Origin: Candidatus Omnitrophota bacterium | GTDB taxonomy: Bacteria; Omnitrophota; Gorgyraeia; Gygaellales; UBA12090 | DNA: 64,000 nt | Direction of reading: 5' to 3' | NCBI GenBank assembly: GCA_030674475.1 | Contig: JAUSCZ010000007.1 | Location: 669 to 64,668, forward strand | Notes under the pieces: generated by a model | Told to the model about the DNA's origin: nothing | The model's input: the letters and a program-made list of their open reading frames with translations, nothing else | The model's database searches: none | Made by a program: the position numbers and the translations under genes | Shown here: positions 44,109-55,150 of the stretch, in pieces | Layout of the letters: every line of letters begins with the position of its first letter | Numbering within the stretch: the first letter of the stretch is position 1

Positions 44109-46541
44109 ATGAGAATAAAGAGTTTATTGGTTTTTATCATCGGCGTCTTAGGTTTATTGTCCGGAACAGCTTATTCGCAAGGCTCGGCTAATCAGACAGC
44201 CGAAGAAAGATCTGTCTTGGGGGCCGCTGTAGACCCGGGCGCGCCTGAAGCAGCTTTAAAATCAGCCCAAAGCCTGCCTGCGGTGAGCAGAGTCGAACCG
44301 CCTGTCGAGAAGAAGGTTACGGCTATTGAGGTTCAAGGCAACAGGTTCATTAGTTCAGCGGTTATTCTTTCCAAAATTAAGACCCGTCCGGGTTCGCTGT
44401 ATTCCACTAATATTATCAGTGAGGATATTAAACGGGTCAATGAATTGGGTTATTTCAGCGACATCAAGATAGATACCCAAAATTTTGAGGAAGGGCTTAA
44501 GGTGTTCATAATTGTTACCGAGAAATTGCTTATCGGAAAAATTGTTTTCAAGGGTTATTTTTCCCGGATAATCCGTGAAGAGAAATTAAGAGAAACTATT
44601 AAGCTTAAGGAGGGTCAGTATCTGGATGAGGTTCAATTAAGAGAGGACCTTCAGACAATCAAGGATGCCTGTGTTAAGAAAGGCTATCCTGAGGCCCGGA
44701 TAACTCAAGCCCAGGTTATCAGCCCTGAGACCAACAAGGTAATTCTTACCATTACCATTGATTCCGGCGCCCGGATGAAGATAAAAAAATTCGATATCCG
44801 CGGCAATAAAAATTTAAAAACCAAAAGGTTGATTAAGCTGATGAAAAGCCGCCGGGCGGGTTTTTTTAGTTCGGGTTTTTACAAAGAGGATCTTTTAAAG
44901 GATGACATTGAAAGATTAAAGTCTTTTTACCGCCGGGAAGGCTACACCGACGCCAAAATTGATTACGAAACCGGTTACGGGGCAAAAAAAGGCTGGATGT
45001 TCGTGGTGATCAGGATTGAAGAGGGAAGAAGATATACCATCGGCCGCGTGCGCGCCAAAGGTAACACGGTTTTTAGCGAGGATGAGATAATTAAATCCCT
45101 GAAGGCCTTAGGCGCGGGTAAGGTTTTCAGCCCGGAGAGCATGCACGAAGGCGCTTCTGATATCCAGAGCCTCTATTTTGATCAGGGCTATATTTTTGCC
45201 CAGGCTTCTGAGAGTTCTTATCTAAATCCGGAGACTGACCGGGTGGATGTTACCTATTCTATAGATGAGGGAATAATCGGCTATGTGGACAAGGTTAAGA
45301 TACGGGGGAATATAAAAACTAAAGATAAGGTTATCAGGAGGGAGCTGAGGATATACCCGGGTGAGCGTTTTGACGGGGATAAGCTTAAACGCAGTAAGGA
45401 GCGCCTGCGGAATCTGGGTTTCTTTGAGGAGGTAGGGTATGATATTGAGCCTTCGGATTCTCCCGACCAAAGTAAGAGGAATCTGGTCGTGGATGTAAAA
45501 GAGTCCAAGACCGGAGAGTTCAGTTTCGGCGGCGGATACAGCTCGGTAGACAGCCTGATAGGTTTTGTAGAGATAGCCCAGAAGAATTTTGACTGGAAGA
45601 ATTTTCCTTATTTTACCGGCGGCGGCCAGGATCTGCGTTTTCGGGCGGAACTCGGTTCAATTACCTCTAATTTCGAGATGAGTTTTACCGAACCCTGGAT
45701 GTGGGATTATCCGGTGTCTTTTGGTTTTGACGCTTATCGCAGGGCCCGCGTCAGGCAAACCGATGTGGGTTACGGTTACGGCGAAAAAAGAACCGGAGGC
45801 GACCTGCGCCTGGGAAAAGAGTTAAATGAATATCTTAGGGCCGATACGATGTATAAGATAGAAGAGGTGGATATTTCCAACGCCTCCAGCGATGCCACAG
45901 CCGATCTGATAAAAGAGGTAGGAACAAATATCATAAGCTCAATGCAGTTTGGCTTAACCAGGGATACCCGGGATAATATCTTTAGCCCTTCCAAGGGCTA
46001 TGTCTTAGCCGGGACATTTGAACTTGCCGGCGGGCCTTTCGGAGGCGATAAGGATTTTGTCAAGTTTACCACCGCCAACAGTAAATATTTTGGTTTATTT
46101 AATTCTTCGGTCTTGGAATTGAGGCTGCGCGCCGGATTAACCGATGCCTACGCTAATTCCGGCACCGTTCCTATTTATGAGCGTTTTTACGCCGGAGGCG
46201 CCTATAGCATCCGCGGATATCACGAAAGAAAAATCGGGCCTATAGACCCGGTGTCCAAGGATCCTATTGGAGGCGATTCAATGCTGGTGGGCAACATTGA
46301 ATATCTTTATCCCATTGTTGATTTCATTAAGGGGGCGGTATTCTACGATACGGGTAATGTCTGGAGAAAAATGTCTGATTTTGCTTCCGGAGATTTTAAA
46401 TCAGGTTTTGGTTTTGGGGTGAGGGTTAAAACTCCGATTGGGCCGATGAGATTGGATTATGGCTGGCCCTTAAACAAAGAACCGGGTGAGCCCGCCAAGG
46501 GAAAAGGCAGGTTTCATTTCAGCTTAAGCCACGGCTTTTAA
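44109..46541 (+). CDS. bamA: Outer membrane protein assembly factor BamA
   Basis: POTRA domains, IRGY motif, C-terminal Phe. Confidence 0.93.
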   Translation: MRIKSLLVFIIGVLGLLSGTAYSQGSANQTAEERSVLGAAVDPGAPEAALKSAQSLPAVSRVEPPVEKKVTAIEVQGNRFISSAVILSKIKTRPGSLYSTNIISEDIKRVNELGYFSDIKIDTQNFEEGLKVFIIVTEKLLIGKIVFKGYFSRIIREEKLRETIKLKEGQYLDEVQLREDLQTIKDACVKKGYPEARITQAQVISPETNKVILTITIDSGARMKIKKFDIRGNKNLKTKRLIKLMKSRRAGFFSSGFYKEDLLKDDIERLKSFYRREGYTDAKIDYETGYGAKKGWMFVVIRIEEGRRYTIGRVRAKGNTVFSEDEIIKSLKALGAGKVFSPESMHEGASDIQSLYFDQGYIFAQASESSYLNPETDRVDVTYSIDEGIIGYVDKVKIRGNIKTKDKVIRRELRIYPGERFDGDKLKRSKERLRNLGFFEEVGYDIEPSDSPDQSKRNLVVDVKESKTGEFSFGGGYSSVDSLIGFVEIAQKNFDWKNFPYFTGGGQDLRFRAELGSITSNFEMSFTEPWMWDYPVSFGFDAYRRARVRQTDVGYGYGEKRTGGDLRLGKELNEYLRADTMYKIEEVDISNASSDATADLIKEVGTNIISSMQFGLTRDTRDNIFSPSKGYVLAGTFELAGGPFGGDKDFVKFTTANSKYFGLFNSSVLELRLRAGLTDAYANSGTVPIYERFYAGGAYSIRGYHERKIGPIDPVSKDPIGGDSMLVGNIEYLYPIVDFIKGAVFYDTGNVWRKMSDFASGDFKSGFGFGVRVKTPIGPMRLDYGWPLNKEPGEPAKGKGRFHFSLSHGF

Positions 46542-46633
46542 GACGCCAAGGCGCAAAAATATTTTTAAATAAATCTTACACCGCGGAGGACGCAAAGTTA
46601 ACAACAATTATTGATAAAAGGAGATAAGAAAAG

Positions 46634-47161
46634 ATGAGAAAAGTGCTTGTAGCGGTTATTATAACGGTGTTTAGTTTTTTATCTTTAGGCCAGGCTCATG
46701 CCGCGGGGGAGAAGACCGGTTCGGTGGATGTGGGGAAGCTTTTTGATGAATACGAAAAGACCAAGGAATATTCCAAAGGCCTTGAGCAGAAAGCCAGTTC
46801 TTATGAAAAAGAGCGGGATGTCAAGATTTCCGAGATAAAACAGCTTCAGGATAAGCTTAATCTTCTTACCGAAGCCGAGAAGGAAAAACAACAGAAGGAT
46901 CTGGAGGATAAGGTTAAGGCGGCGCGTGATTTTACTTTAACCAAAGAAACCGGCCTGAAGAAAGAGGGCGATGACCGGCTTAAAGAGGTAGCTAAAGATA
47001 TAGAAGAGGCCACAGCCCAGTTTGCCAAAAAAGAAGGTTATATCATGATTTTTAACGACCGGGTATTTGCCTATACCAATAAGGCTAATGATGTTACCGA
47101 TAAGGTCTTAGAAATGCTCCAGGCGAATTATAAAAAGGTCAAGGCGCCTTCCGGGAAATAA
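46634..47161 (+). CDS. skp: OmpH/Skp periplasmic chaperone
   Basis: Signal peptide, coiled coil, DVTDKV; position between bamA and lpxD. Confidence 0.85.
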   Translation: MRKVLVAVIITVFSFLSLGQAHAAGEKTGSVDVGKLFDEYEKTKEYSKGLEQKASSYEKERDVKISEIKQLQDKLNLLTEAEKEKQQKDLEDKVKAARDFTLTKETGLKKEGDDRLKEVAKDIEEATAQFAKKEGYIMIFNDRVFAYTNKANDVTDKVLEMLQANYKKVKAPSGK

Positions 47162-47202
47162 TTTTAATAATCATTAAGTGTAATTGAAGTATTGAAATAA
47201 AC

Positions 47203-48225
47203 ATGCAAAGTACTTTATCTGAAATAGCCAAGCTTATTGACGGGGAGATAGTGGGGGATCCGGATACCGTCATAACCGGAGTCAGCGGAATAAAAGAGGC
47301 TCGGCCGGGAGATATCACTTTCTTGGCTAATTCCCGCTACGGCAGCCTGGTAGATGAGACTAATGCCTCGGCTATCATTACCTCCAAGGATGTTGGTTCG
47401 CTCCCTAAGCCGATAATCAAGACCGATAATCCCTCGCTTGCCTTTACCAGGGTAGTTTCTCATATCTGTCCATCCCAGGCGTGTCATCCCGCGGGAATTC
47501 ATCCCAGCGCTATCATCGGCAAGAAGGTATCTTTAGGCAAAGACGCGGCTTTAGGCGCCTATGTGGTAATAGATGATAACGCGGTAATAGGAGACCGGAC
47601 GGTTATTTATCCCGGATGTTTTATCGGCTGCGGTAGTTCTATAGGCAATGATTGTGTTATATATCCTCATGTCTCAATAAGGGAGAAGATAACTATCGGC
47701 AGCCGGGTAATAATTCACAGCGGAACAGTTGTCGGCTCAGACGGGTTTGGTTTTATCAATGTTAACGGCACGCATCAAAAAATCCCTCAGATAGGTACCG
47801 TAGAAATACAGGACGATGTGGAGATAGGAGCCAATGTTACCATTGACCGGGCGCGTTTTGATAAGACAATTGTGGGCAAAGGCACCAAGATTGATAACTT
47901 GGTTCAAATTGCCCATAATGTGATTATCGGTGAAAACACATTAATTATATCTCAGGTAGGTATTTCAGGAAGCACGGTTATCGGAAATAACGCCATCTTA
48001 GCCGGTCAAGCCGGTTTAGTCGGGCATATTACAATCGGGGATGGCGCCACAATCGCCGCCCAGGCCGGGGTTACCAAATCTGTTCCCGCGAATACCTTTG
48101 TTTCCGGGTATCCGGCCAGGCCGCACAGTGAGGCCAAAAAAGTAAATGCCTGCCTTCAGAGACTGCCGCGGCTTTATGAGGAAGTTTCAGCCCTGAAGAA
48201 GCGCCTGGAGGAGTTGGAGAAGTAA
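47203..48225 (+). CDS. lpxD: UDP-3-O-acylglucosamine N-acyltransferase
   Basis: [18 protein letters not shown]. Confidence 0.95.
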   Translation: MQSTLSEIAKLIDGEIVGDPDTVITGVSGIKEARPGDITFLANSRYGSLVDETNASAIITSKDVGSLPKPIIKTDNPSLAFTRVVSHICPSQACHPAGIHPSAIIGKKVSLGKDAALGAYVVIDDNAVIGDRTVIYPGCFIGCGSSIGNDCVIYPHVSIREKITIGSRVIIHSGTVVGSDGFGFINVNGTHQKIPQIGTVEIQDDVEIGANVTIDRARFDKTIVGKGTKIDNLVQIAHNVIIGENTLIISQVGISGSTVIGNNAILAGQAGLVGHITIGDGATIAAQAGVTKSVPANTFVSGYPARPHSEAKKVNACLQRLPRLYEEVSALKKRLEELEK

Positions 48226-49545
48226 ATGGAACTTATGCAGAAGACAATTAAGAGTCCGGTTAAAATTTCAGGAGTAGGCTTACACACCGGCAATAAGGTT
48301 AACCTGACATTTAAGCCGGCTGAGGTAAATACCGGAACAAATTTTATACGTTTAGATTTGGTCCAGAAGCCGGTAATAAAGGTAGATTGCCGGAATCTTT
48401 TAGAGTCTATGAGCAGTATGCGCCGCACTTCCTTAGGGGCAAATGATTCTGAGGCGCATACGGTTGAGCATCTTCTGGCGGTTTTATCCGGATTGCAGTT
48501 AGATAACCTTTTGATAGAACTTGATAATAACGAGATACCCGGGATGGACGGTTCCGGGCTTGATTTCTTAGAGGCGCTTAAAAAAGCGGGCATAATAGAA
48601 CAGGACGCGCCGAAAAAATTTTACACCCTGAAAGAACCGATAAGCGTCCAGGATGAAAACGGGACGATTGTAGCCCTTCCCGATAATGATTACAAAATTT
48701 CCTATACCTTAAATTATAATCACTCTTTTCTTAGGTCCCAATATATGGATTTAACCCTGAACCCGGAAGCCTTTGAGAGTGAGCTTGCCCGGGCCAGGAC
48801 ATTTTGTCTTAAAGAAGAAGCGGATGACCTGCAGGGGAAAGGCTTGGGCCGGGGGGCTAATTATCAGAATACCCTGGTGGTCGGCGAGAATGAGGTTATC
48901 AATAATACATTACGTTTTGGCGATGAATTCGTGCGCCACAAAATATTGGACTTGATGGGAGACCTTTATGTGTTAGGTGTGCCGCTTAAAGCCAGGATAA
49001 TCGCCATCAGGAGCGGGCATTCCCTTAATCTAAAACTAGTTAAGAAAATTTGGCAGCAAAAGGCGCGCTTTGAGCTTGGGGGGATATCCGCCGGTTATAT
49101 TCCTAAGAGCGATGAAGTAATTGACACCTCAATGATTATGAAGATACTTCCTCACCGTTATCCCTTTCTTCTGGTGGATAAAATTATTTCTATGGAGAAG
49201 GGGAAGCGGGCGGTGGGAATCAAGAATGTAACTATGAATGAGAATTTTTTCGTTGGGCATTTTCCCGGCCGGCCGGTTATGCCCGGAGTCTTAATCGTTG
49301 AGGCCATGGCTCAGGTGGGAGGAGTAATGATGCTTTCTTCCGAAGAAAACCAGGGGAAATTGGCCTTTTTTATGGCAGTGGACCGGGTAAAATTCAGAAA
49401 GACGGTTTTGCCGGGAGACCAGCTGGTGATTGAGGTTATCGCCGGTAGAATTAAATCCAAGACCGGCCGGGTTTACGGTAAGGCTTATGTGGATGGTAAA
49501 GTAGCCGCTGAAGGCGAGCTGATGTTTGCCCTGGTGGATAATTAA
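48226..49545 (+). CDS. lpxC-fabZ: Fused LpxC deacetylase / FabZ dehydratase
   Basis: GVGLHTG, TVEHLL, RHKILD (LpxC); [21 protein letters not shown] (FabZ). Confidence 0.94.
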   Translation: MELMQKTIKSPVKISGVGLHTGNKVNLTFKPAEVNTGTNFIRLDLVQKPVIKVDCRNLLESMSSMRRTSLGANDSEAHTVEHLLAVLSGLQLDNLLIELDNNEIPGMDGSGLDFLEALKKAGIIEQDAPKKFYTLKEPISVQDENGTIVALPDNDYKISYTLNYNHSFLRSQYMDLTLNPEAFESELARARTFCLKEEADDLQGKGLGRGANYQNTLVVGENEVINNTLRFGDEFVRHKILDLMGDLYVLGVPLKARIIAIRSGHSLNLKLVKKIWQQKARFELGGISAGYIPKSDEVIDTSMIMKILPHRYPFLLVDKIISMEKGKRAVGIKNVTMNENFFVGHFPGRPVMPGVLIVEAMAQVGGVMMLSSEENQGKLAFFMAVDRVKFRKTVLPGDQLVIEVIAGRIKSKTGRVYGKAYVDGKVAAEGELMFALVDN

Positions 49546-49547
49546 AA

Positions 49548-50345
49548 ATGATACATAAAACAGCGATAGTTGCTCCAGAAGCTCAGGTTTCCGGCGATGT
49601 AGAAATCGGGCCGTGGACCGTTATCGGGCCCAAGGTTAAAATCGGCTCCGGGGTGAAAATCGGTAATTCTTGTCTGATTGACGGCAGTACCGTTATCGGA
49701 GCCGGATGCCAGATTTTTAATGGGGCGGTTATAGGAAGCGTTCCTCAGGATTTAAAATATAAAGGCGAAGACACTAAATTAATAATCGGCGAGAATAACA
49801 TTATCCGGGAATATACTACCATTAATTTAGGGACAGTAGAAAAAGGATTGACTCAGGTGGGCAGTAACAACCTGATTATGGCCTATTCGCATATTGCCCA
49901 TGATTGTGTGGTGGGGGATAATTGTGTTCTGGCAAATTGCGCTACCTTGGCCGGCCATGTTACCATAGAAGACCGGGCTGTTATCGGAGGTTTGGTGGCC
50001 ATACACCAATTTACCCGGGTGGGTAAGATGTCTATTATCGGCGGCTGTTCCAAAGTGGTTCAGGATATTCCGCCTTTCTCTACTTGTGACGGCCATCCGG
50101 CTAAGGTTTACGGTTTGAATCTGGTTGGACTTCGCCGGGCCCAGATTTCCTCCAAGATTATCTCGGAGTTAAAAATCGCGTTCAAAATACTTTTCTTCCT
50201 TGGCCTGAACAAGGCCAGCGCTGTAGAAAAAGCCAGGCAGGACATTCCCCAAAGTCCTGAAGCCGCTTATTTATTAGATTTCATAAAGTCTTCTTCGCGG
50301 GGAGTTGCCAAGGCAAACCGCGCGCCACAGGAAGAATCTCAATAA
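49548..50345 (+). CDS. lpxA: UDP-GlcNAc O-acyltransferase
   Basis: PQDLKY, HIAHDC, HQF. Confidence 0.95.
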   Translation: MIHKTAIVAPEAQVSGDVEIGPWTVIGPKVKIGSGVKIGNSCLIDGSTVIGAGCQIFNGAVIGSVPQDLKYKGEDTKLIIGENNIIREYTTINLGTVEKGLTQVGSNNLIMAYSHIAHDCVVGDNCVLANCATLAGHVTIEDRAVIGGLVAIHQFTRVGKMSIIGGCSKVVQDIPPFSTCDGHPAKVYGLNLVGLRRAQISSKIISELKIAFKILFFLGLNKASAVEKARQDIPQSPEAAYLLDFIKSSSRGVAKANRAPQEESQ

Positions 50346-50384
50346 TTTCTCGCCAAATTTAAAATAGGCTTTCCTTTCCTGTGC

Positions 50385-50562
50385 TACTACATTGTGACAT
50401 TAGTTTATGTCACAATGTAGTAAGGGGGTGTGGGGGAGACCGTCCCCCACGATTGGGGGGTGCTCAGCGAACGAAGTGAGCGCCGAAGGGGGGCTTGCCC
50501 CCCTAGCGGAAGTGCGAAGTGACATTCATTCGATTATCAAGTATTTATGTCACGGAGCACTA
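50385..50562. repeat. ~180-bp structured dispersed repeat (MITE-like), copy 2
   Basis: Matches 32089-32272; starts with palindrome TACTACATTGTGACAT...ATGTCACAATGTAGTA. Confidence 0.85.
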
Positions 50563-50606
50563 TTGATGGGATAGCGCGGGGCAGGCAATCAAGGAAAGGC
50601 CAAAGC

Positions 50607-51419
50607 ATGGAAAAAATAGGTCTTATTGCCGGAAGGGGCAATTTTCCGATTCTATTCTCTCAGGAAGCCGCTCATTTAGGTTATTCGGTTATCGCTATTG
50701 CCGTTAAGGGAAATACCCGAAGGTGCCTGAAAAAATACGCGGCTAAGCTCTTTTGGATTAAGGTTACTGAATTTAAGGATATAGCCGCTAAGTTTAAACA
50801 GGAAGGCGTATCCAAAGCGGCGATGGCCGGCCAGATTAATCCTTATTTTCTCTTTAATCCTAAGATTATGTCTAATCCCGATGTCCGGGATTTTTTCGGT
50901 AAAATAGAGGACCGGCGCGCGGATACCATTTTTAACGCCTTTACCAGGAGACTACAGGAAGCGGGATTAGAGCTTATCGCCTCAACCGCGTTTCTGGCTA
51001 AATATATGCCTAAGGAAGGGGTCTTGAGCAAAAGGAAACCAACAGAAACAGAGGGTAAGGATATCTCTTTCGGCTTTACAATAGCCAGGCACTTAGGGGT
51101 TAGGGATATCGGCCAGAGTGTCTGTGTTAAAAACGGAGTAATTTTAGCGGTTGAATCAATAGAGGGAACGGATAATACTATTCTCCGGGCAAAATCTTTA
51201 GCCCGGTCCTCGGTAGTTTTGGTTAAGACCGCCAAGCCCAATCAGGATATGCGTTTTGATGTCCCGGTGGTGGGCCTCAGGACAGTCAGGAATTTACCTC
51301 GCGGCAGTTGTTTGGCCTTTGAGGCGGAGAAGACTATTTTTCTGGATCAGAAGGAGGCCTTCGCCCTGGCCGATAAAAAAGATATAACAATAGTCGCGCG
51401 AAAGCTCCCGATAGCGTAG
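50607..51419 (+). CDS. lpxI: UDP-2,3-diacylglucosamine diphosphatase LpxI
   Basis: IGLIAGRG.FP, DIGQ, AVE..EGTD, QD.RFDVP; start reassigned to ATG 50607. Confidence 0.9.
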   Translation: MEKIGLIAGRGNFPILFSQEAAHLGYSVIAIAVKGNTRRCLKKYAAKLFWIKVTEFKDIAAKFKQEGVSKAAMAGQINPYFLFNPKIMSNPDVRDFFGKIEDRRADTIFNAFTRRLQEAGLELIASTAFLAKYMPKEGVLSKRKPTETEGKDISFGFTIARHLGVRDIGQSVCVKNGVILAVESIEGTDNTILRAKSLARSSVVLVKTAKPNQDMRFDVPVVGLRTVRNLPRGSCLAFEAEKTIFLDQKEAFALADKKDITIVARKLPIA

Positions 51420-51446
51420 GTGGCGGCGCGCCCCGCGCGAGGAATA

Positions 51447-51818
51447 ATGGAAAAGAAAATATTGGTTGTGGATGATAATCGTTTAAGCCGGGAGATAAAT
51501 TGTTCTACCCTGGAGGGCGCCGGCTATAAAACAATTATGGCCTCAGACGGAAATGAGGGATTGAGCCTGCTTAAGACCGGAAAAATAGACCTGATTATAT
51601 TGGATCTGATTATGCCCGGACTGGACGGTTTTGGTTTTTTGAGCGTCTGTAAAACAGACCCCCTTTATAAAGATATTCCGGTTATAGTGATAACCGGAAG
51701 GGATTCTCCGGAAGAAGTAAAAATGGTTAAGGATCTGGGCGCCAGCGAGTGTTTAGTGAAGCATAGGATGCCCCCGGTAGTTTTTTTAAAATCCGTAAAG
51801 ACAGCGCTGGGCGGTTAA
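51447..51818 (+). CDS. Single-domain response regulator (CheY-like)
   Basis: ILVVDD, ILDLIMPGLDG, conserved T and K. Confidence 0.88.
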   Translation: MEKKILVVDDNRLSREINCSTLEGAGYKTIMASDGNEGLSLLKTGKIDLIILDLIMPGLDGFGFLSVCKTDPLYKDIPVIVITGRDSPEEVKMVKDLGASECLVKHRMPPVVFLKSVKTALGG

Positions 51819-51871
51819 ACCCCATTTTGGGTTATCCTTGAAAAGATAAAAAGGTTTGTTATAATAGGTTC

Positions 51872-52010
51872 TGCTCATTGTTACCCCGCCTCGCAAGATG
51901 AGGTAAAATTCTCTTCGATAATTTTACCTCGCTCTGGCGGGATTAATTCGCAGACGCTTCGCTATAACTTATATCGCACTTTTTGTGCGATATAAGTTAT
52001 CTGCTCATTA
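51872..52010. repeat. Nested palindromes upstream of htpX
   Basis: GAGGTAAAATT/AATTTTACCTC and ATAACTTATATCGCAC/GTGCGATATAAGTTAT. Confidence 0.6.
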
Positions 52011-52025
52011 AGGAGGTAGATTAAT

Positions 52026-53000
52026 ATGTCGTTATTTGGGTTAAAATTCAGGATGTGGTTTCTGGTTACTACTCTCTTTGCTATTCTCTACGGAATTATT
52101 TCAGCCGTAGCCGCGGGGATGGGGATAGGTAATTTCTGGTTTTATCTGGCAATATCGCTGGTTATGCTCTTTATCCAGTATATGATCGGCCCGAAGATTA
52201 TTGAGTGGAGTATGCGGGTGAAGTATGTGGGAAAATCTGAATACCCTAAGCTTTACGAGATGGTGGAAGATTTGTCCCGTTCAGCCAAGATACCTATGCC
52301 CAGAGTCGCCCTTGCCGATATCGGCATCCCCAATGCCTTTGCCTTTGGCCGCTGGAGCAGTGACGGAAGGGTCTGTGTTACCCGCGGGATTATGAACTTA
52401 CTCAGTGAAGAAGAGCTTAAGGCGGTATTAGCCCATGAGGTGTCCCATCTTAAAAATCGGGATGTGTTAACCATAACCCTGCTTTCAGTTATACCGATAA
52501 TTTTATACCGCGTAGCCTTTAGTCTTTTGTGGTCCGGCGGAAATCGCCGCCGGGAAAGCGGAGCCAACTCGGCTTTAATCGGATTAGCGGCGATGGTTTT
52601 TTACTTTATTACTAATCTTTTAGTGCTGTATGCCTCAAGGATACGGGAATATTTTGCCGACCGGGGAGCCCTTGATTTGGGTGCCGCTCCTAACCATTTA
52701 GCTTCAGCTTTATATAAGCTGGTTTACGGCTCGGCCCGGGCAAGCAAAGAAAGCCTCAAAGAGGTTGAAGGGCTTAAGGCCTTTTTTGCCAATGACCCCT
52801 CCTGCGCTCTTAATGAACTTAAAGAGCTTCGCCAGTTAGATTTAGATAAATCCGGAACCATTGATTCTTACGAATTATCCGCTTTAAGCGCGAAACAGCT
52901 TAATCTTGGCTTCGGGGAGAGGCTTTTAGAGGTAATGAGCACCCATCCTAATATGCTTAAACGGATTAAACAGTTATCAACCTACAAAATAGGTAGTTAG
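52026..53000 (+). CDS. htpX: Membrane zinc metalloprotease HtpX
   Basis: PNAFAFG, HEVSH, SRIREYFAD, STHP. Confidence 0.92.
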   Translation: MSLFGLKFRMWFLVTTLFAILYGIISAVAAGMGIGNFWFYLAISLVMLFIQYMIGPKIIEWSMRVKYVGKSEYPKLYEMVEDLSRSAKIPMPRVALADIGIPNAFAFGRWSSDGRVCVTRGIMNLLSEEELKAVLAHEVSHLKNRDVLTITLLSVIPIILYRVAFSLLWSGGNRRRESGANSALIGLAAMVFYFITNLLVLYASRIREYFADRGALDLGAAPNHLASALYKLVYGSARASKESLKEVEGLKAFFANDPSCALNELKELRQLDLDKSGTIDSYELSALSAKQLNLGFGERLLEVMSTHPNMLKRIKQLSTYKIGS

Positions 53001-53090
53001 AGGTTGGAAGTTGGTAGTTTGGGGAACTTCCAGTTTCCAGTTTCCAGTTTCCAGCTTCCAGCTTCCAGCTTTCAGCTTCCAGCTTCTACT
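52990..53090. repeat. Heptamer tandem repeat TTCCAG(T/C) with inverted lead-in
   Basis: GTTGGAA-like units followed by about eight TTCCAGT/TTCCAGC units before the trpB ATG. Confidence 0.8.
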
Positions 53091-53092
53091 CT

Positions 53093-54277
53093 ATGTTACC
53101 TGACAAACACGGACATTTTAACGGATTTGGGGGCAGGTTTGTGCCTGAGGTATTGATTTCAGCTTTGGATGCCCTGGAGAAGGAATACCGCAGGGCAAAA
53201 AAAGACCGGGCCTTTAGAGAAAAACTAAATTATTATTTAAAGCGATACTGCGGCCGGCCAACCTCTTTATACCGGGCCGAAAATTTAACTAAGTATTTAG
53301 GCGGTAAGCTTACAATCTACCTTAAACGCGAAGATCTCCTGCATACCGGAGCCCATAAAATCAACAATACCATCGGCCAGGCCCTGCTGGCTTTGCGCAT
53401 GGGTAAGAGCCGCCTTATTGCTGAGACCGGAGCCGGCCAGCACGGCGTGGCCACGGCTACGGTGGCGGCGATGTTTGGCCTGGAGTGCGATATCTTTATG
53501 GGCGAGGAGGATATTCACCGGCAGGAGCTGAATGTCTTTCGGATGAAACTGCTTAGGGCCAGGGTAATTCCGGTTGAGAGCGGAAGCAAGACTCTTAAAG
53601 ACGCGATGAATGAGGCTATCCGGGATTGGGCGGCCAATATCCGGCATACCCATTATGTGATCGGCTCAGTAGCCGGGCCGCATCCTTACCCGATGATAGT
53701 CAGGGATTTTCAGGCCGTAATCGGACAAGAAGCCCGAAGACAAATTTTAGAAGCAGAAGGCCGTCTGCCGGATTATCTGGTTGCCTGCGTCGGCGGGGGA
53801 AGCAATGCCATGGGCCTGTTTCATTGTTTCTTTAAAGATAAGCCGGTGGAGTTTATCGGGGTGGAGGCCGCGGGACTGGGCTTAAATACCTCAAGCTATG
53901 CCGCTACTTTAAATAAGGGAAGAGTGGGGGTATTACACGGTTCAAAAAGTAAGGTCTTGCAGGATAAAGAGGGACAAATCGCCATTGCCCATTCCATTGC
54001 CGCCGGCCTTGACTATCCCGGGGTAGGCCCGGAACACAGTTATTACCAGAAAATTCACCGGGCCAGTTACGCGGCCGTTACTGATAACCAGGCCTTAGAA
54101 GGTCTTCAGCTAATGTCAGAAACCGAAGGGATTATCCCGGCCCTGGAAACAGCCCACGCCATATATTACCTTAAAGTATTAGCCGCAAAGATAAAGACTA
54201 AGAAAACAGCCATACTTTGTTTATCCGGAAGAGGCGATAAGGATATCGGAATAATCAGAGAACATCTTAAGTTATAA
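53093..54277 (+). CDS. trpB: Tryptophan synthase beta chain
   Basis: [30 protein letters not shown]. Confidence 0.97.
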   Translation: MLPDKHGHFNGFGGRFVPEVLISALDALEKEYRRAKKDRAFREKLNYYLKRYCGRPTSLYRAENLTKYLGGKLTIYLKREDLLHTGAHKINNTIGQALLALRMGKSRLIAETGAGQHGVATATVAAMFGLECDIFMGEEDIHRQELNVFRMKLLRARVIPVESGSKTLKDAMNEAIRDWAANIRHTHYVIGSVAGPHPYPMIVRDFQAVIGQEARRQILEAEGRLPDYLVACVGGGSNAMGLFHCFFKDKPVEFIGVEAAGLGLNTSSYAATLNKGRVGVLHGSKSKVLQDKEGQIAIAHSIAAGLDYPGVGPEHSYYQKIHRASYAAVTDNQALEGLQLMSETEGIIPALETAHAIYYLKVLAAKIKTKKTAILCLSGRGDKDIGIIREHLKL

Positions 54278-54278
54278 A

Positions 54279-55070
54279 ATGAATAGGATTGATCAGAAAT
54301 TTAAAGAGCTGAAAGCAAAAAACAAAAAGGCGCTGATTATCTATCTCACCTGCGGCTATCCGGACTTAAAGACCACCGAGAAATTAGTTCTGGAATTGGA
54401 AAGCCGCGGCGCGGATATTATTGAGTTGGGGGTGCCCTTTTCTGATCCTCTGGCCGACGGCCCGGTAATCCAGGAATCTTCATCTTACGCCCTCAAAAAA
54501 GGAATTAATCTTAAGCGGATATTTTCCTTAGTCAGGTCTTTGAGAAAAAATACCCAAATACCTATTTGTCTGATGGGTTATTATAATCCAGTATTATCTT
54601 TTGGGCCGGTGAAGTTTGTCCGGGAGGCCTTAAAATCGGGAGTTGACGGGATAATTATCCCTGACCTTCCCCCTGAAGAAGACCGGGAGTTGGTTTCTTT
54701 ATCTAAAGAACGCGGCCTGAAGACCATATTCTTTTTGTCTCCTACCAGCTCAAAGGAAAGGATGAGATATATCGCTGGAGTATCCAGCGGTTTTATTTAT
54801 TATGTTTCCTTGACCGGGGTTACCGGAGCAAGGCAAAGCCTGCCTTCGGATTTAAAAGAGAATATCCGGATTATTAAAAGCTGTACCGAAAAACCGGTCT
54901 GCGTTGGTTTTGGAATATCCCGGCCGGAACATATCGCCGAGGTTTTTAGGATTGCTGACGGCGCGATTGTGGGAAGCGCGTTGATTAAGCTGATTAAGGA
55001 TAATTTAGGCCAGTCGGATTTAATAAAAAAGGCCGGCAGGTTTATTCAGGGGTTAGTAAGCTCTGTATAA
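54279..55070 (+). CDS. trpA: Tryptophan synthase alpha chain
   Basis: ELGVPFSDPLADGPVIQ, GVTGAR, VGFGI. Confidence 0.96.
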   Translation: MNRIDQKFKELKAKNKKALIIYLTCGYPDLKTTEKLVLELESRGADIIELGVPFSDPLADGPVIQESSSYALKKGINLKRIFSLVRSLRKNTQIPICLMGYYNPVLSFGPVKFVREALKSGVDGIIIPDLPPEEDRELVSLSKERGLKTIFFLSPTSSKERMRYIAGVSSGFIYYVSLTGVTGARQSLPSDLKENIRIIKSCTEKPVCVGFGISRPEHIAEVFRIADGAIVGSALIKLIKDNLGQSDLIKKAGRFIQGLVSSV

Positions 55071-55091
55071 TTGAGAGCAGAAAGAGTAACC

Positions 55092-55147
55092 GGCTTTCAG
55101 CTGTCAGCACACAGCTGAAAGCCGATAGCGGATAGCCGATAGCTGAT
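55092..55147. repeat. Inverted heptamer repeat (TCAGC/GCTGA type)
   Basis: GGCTTTCAGCTGTCAGC...GCTGAAAGCCGATAGCGGATAGCCGATAGCTGA. Confidence 0.65.
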
Positions 55148-55150
55148 AAA

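Noticed and set aside
48226-49545. LpxC-FabZ fusion, split transketolase and Zn-ribbon SpoVG as novelties
   Set aside because: These arrangements are already known in several bacterial lineages.
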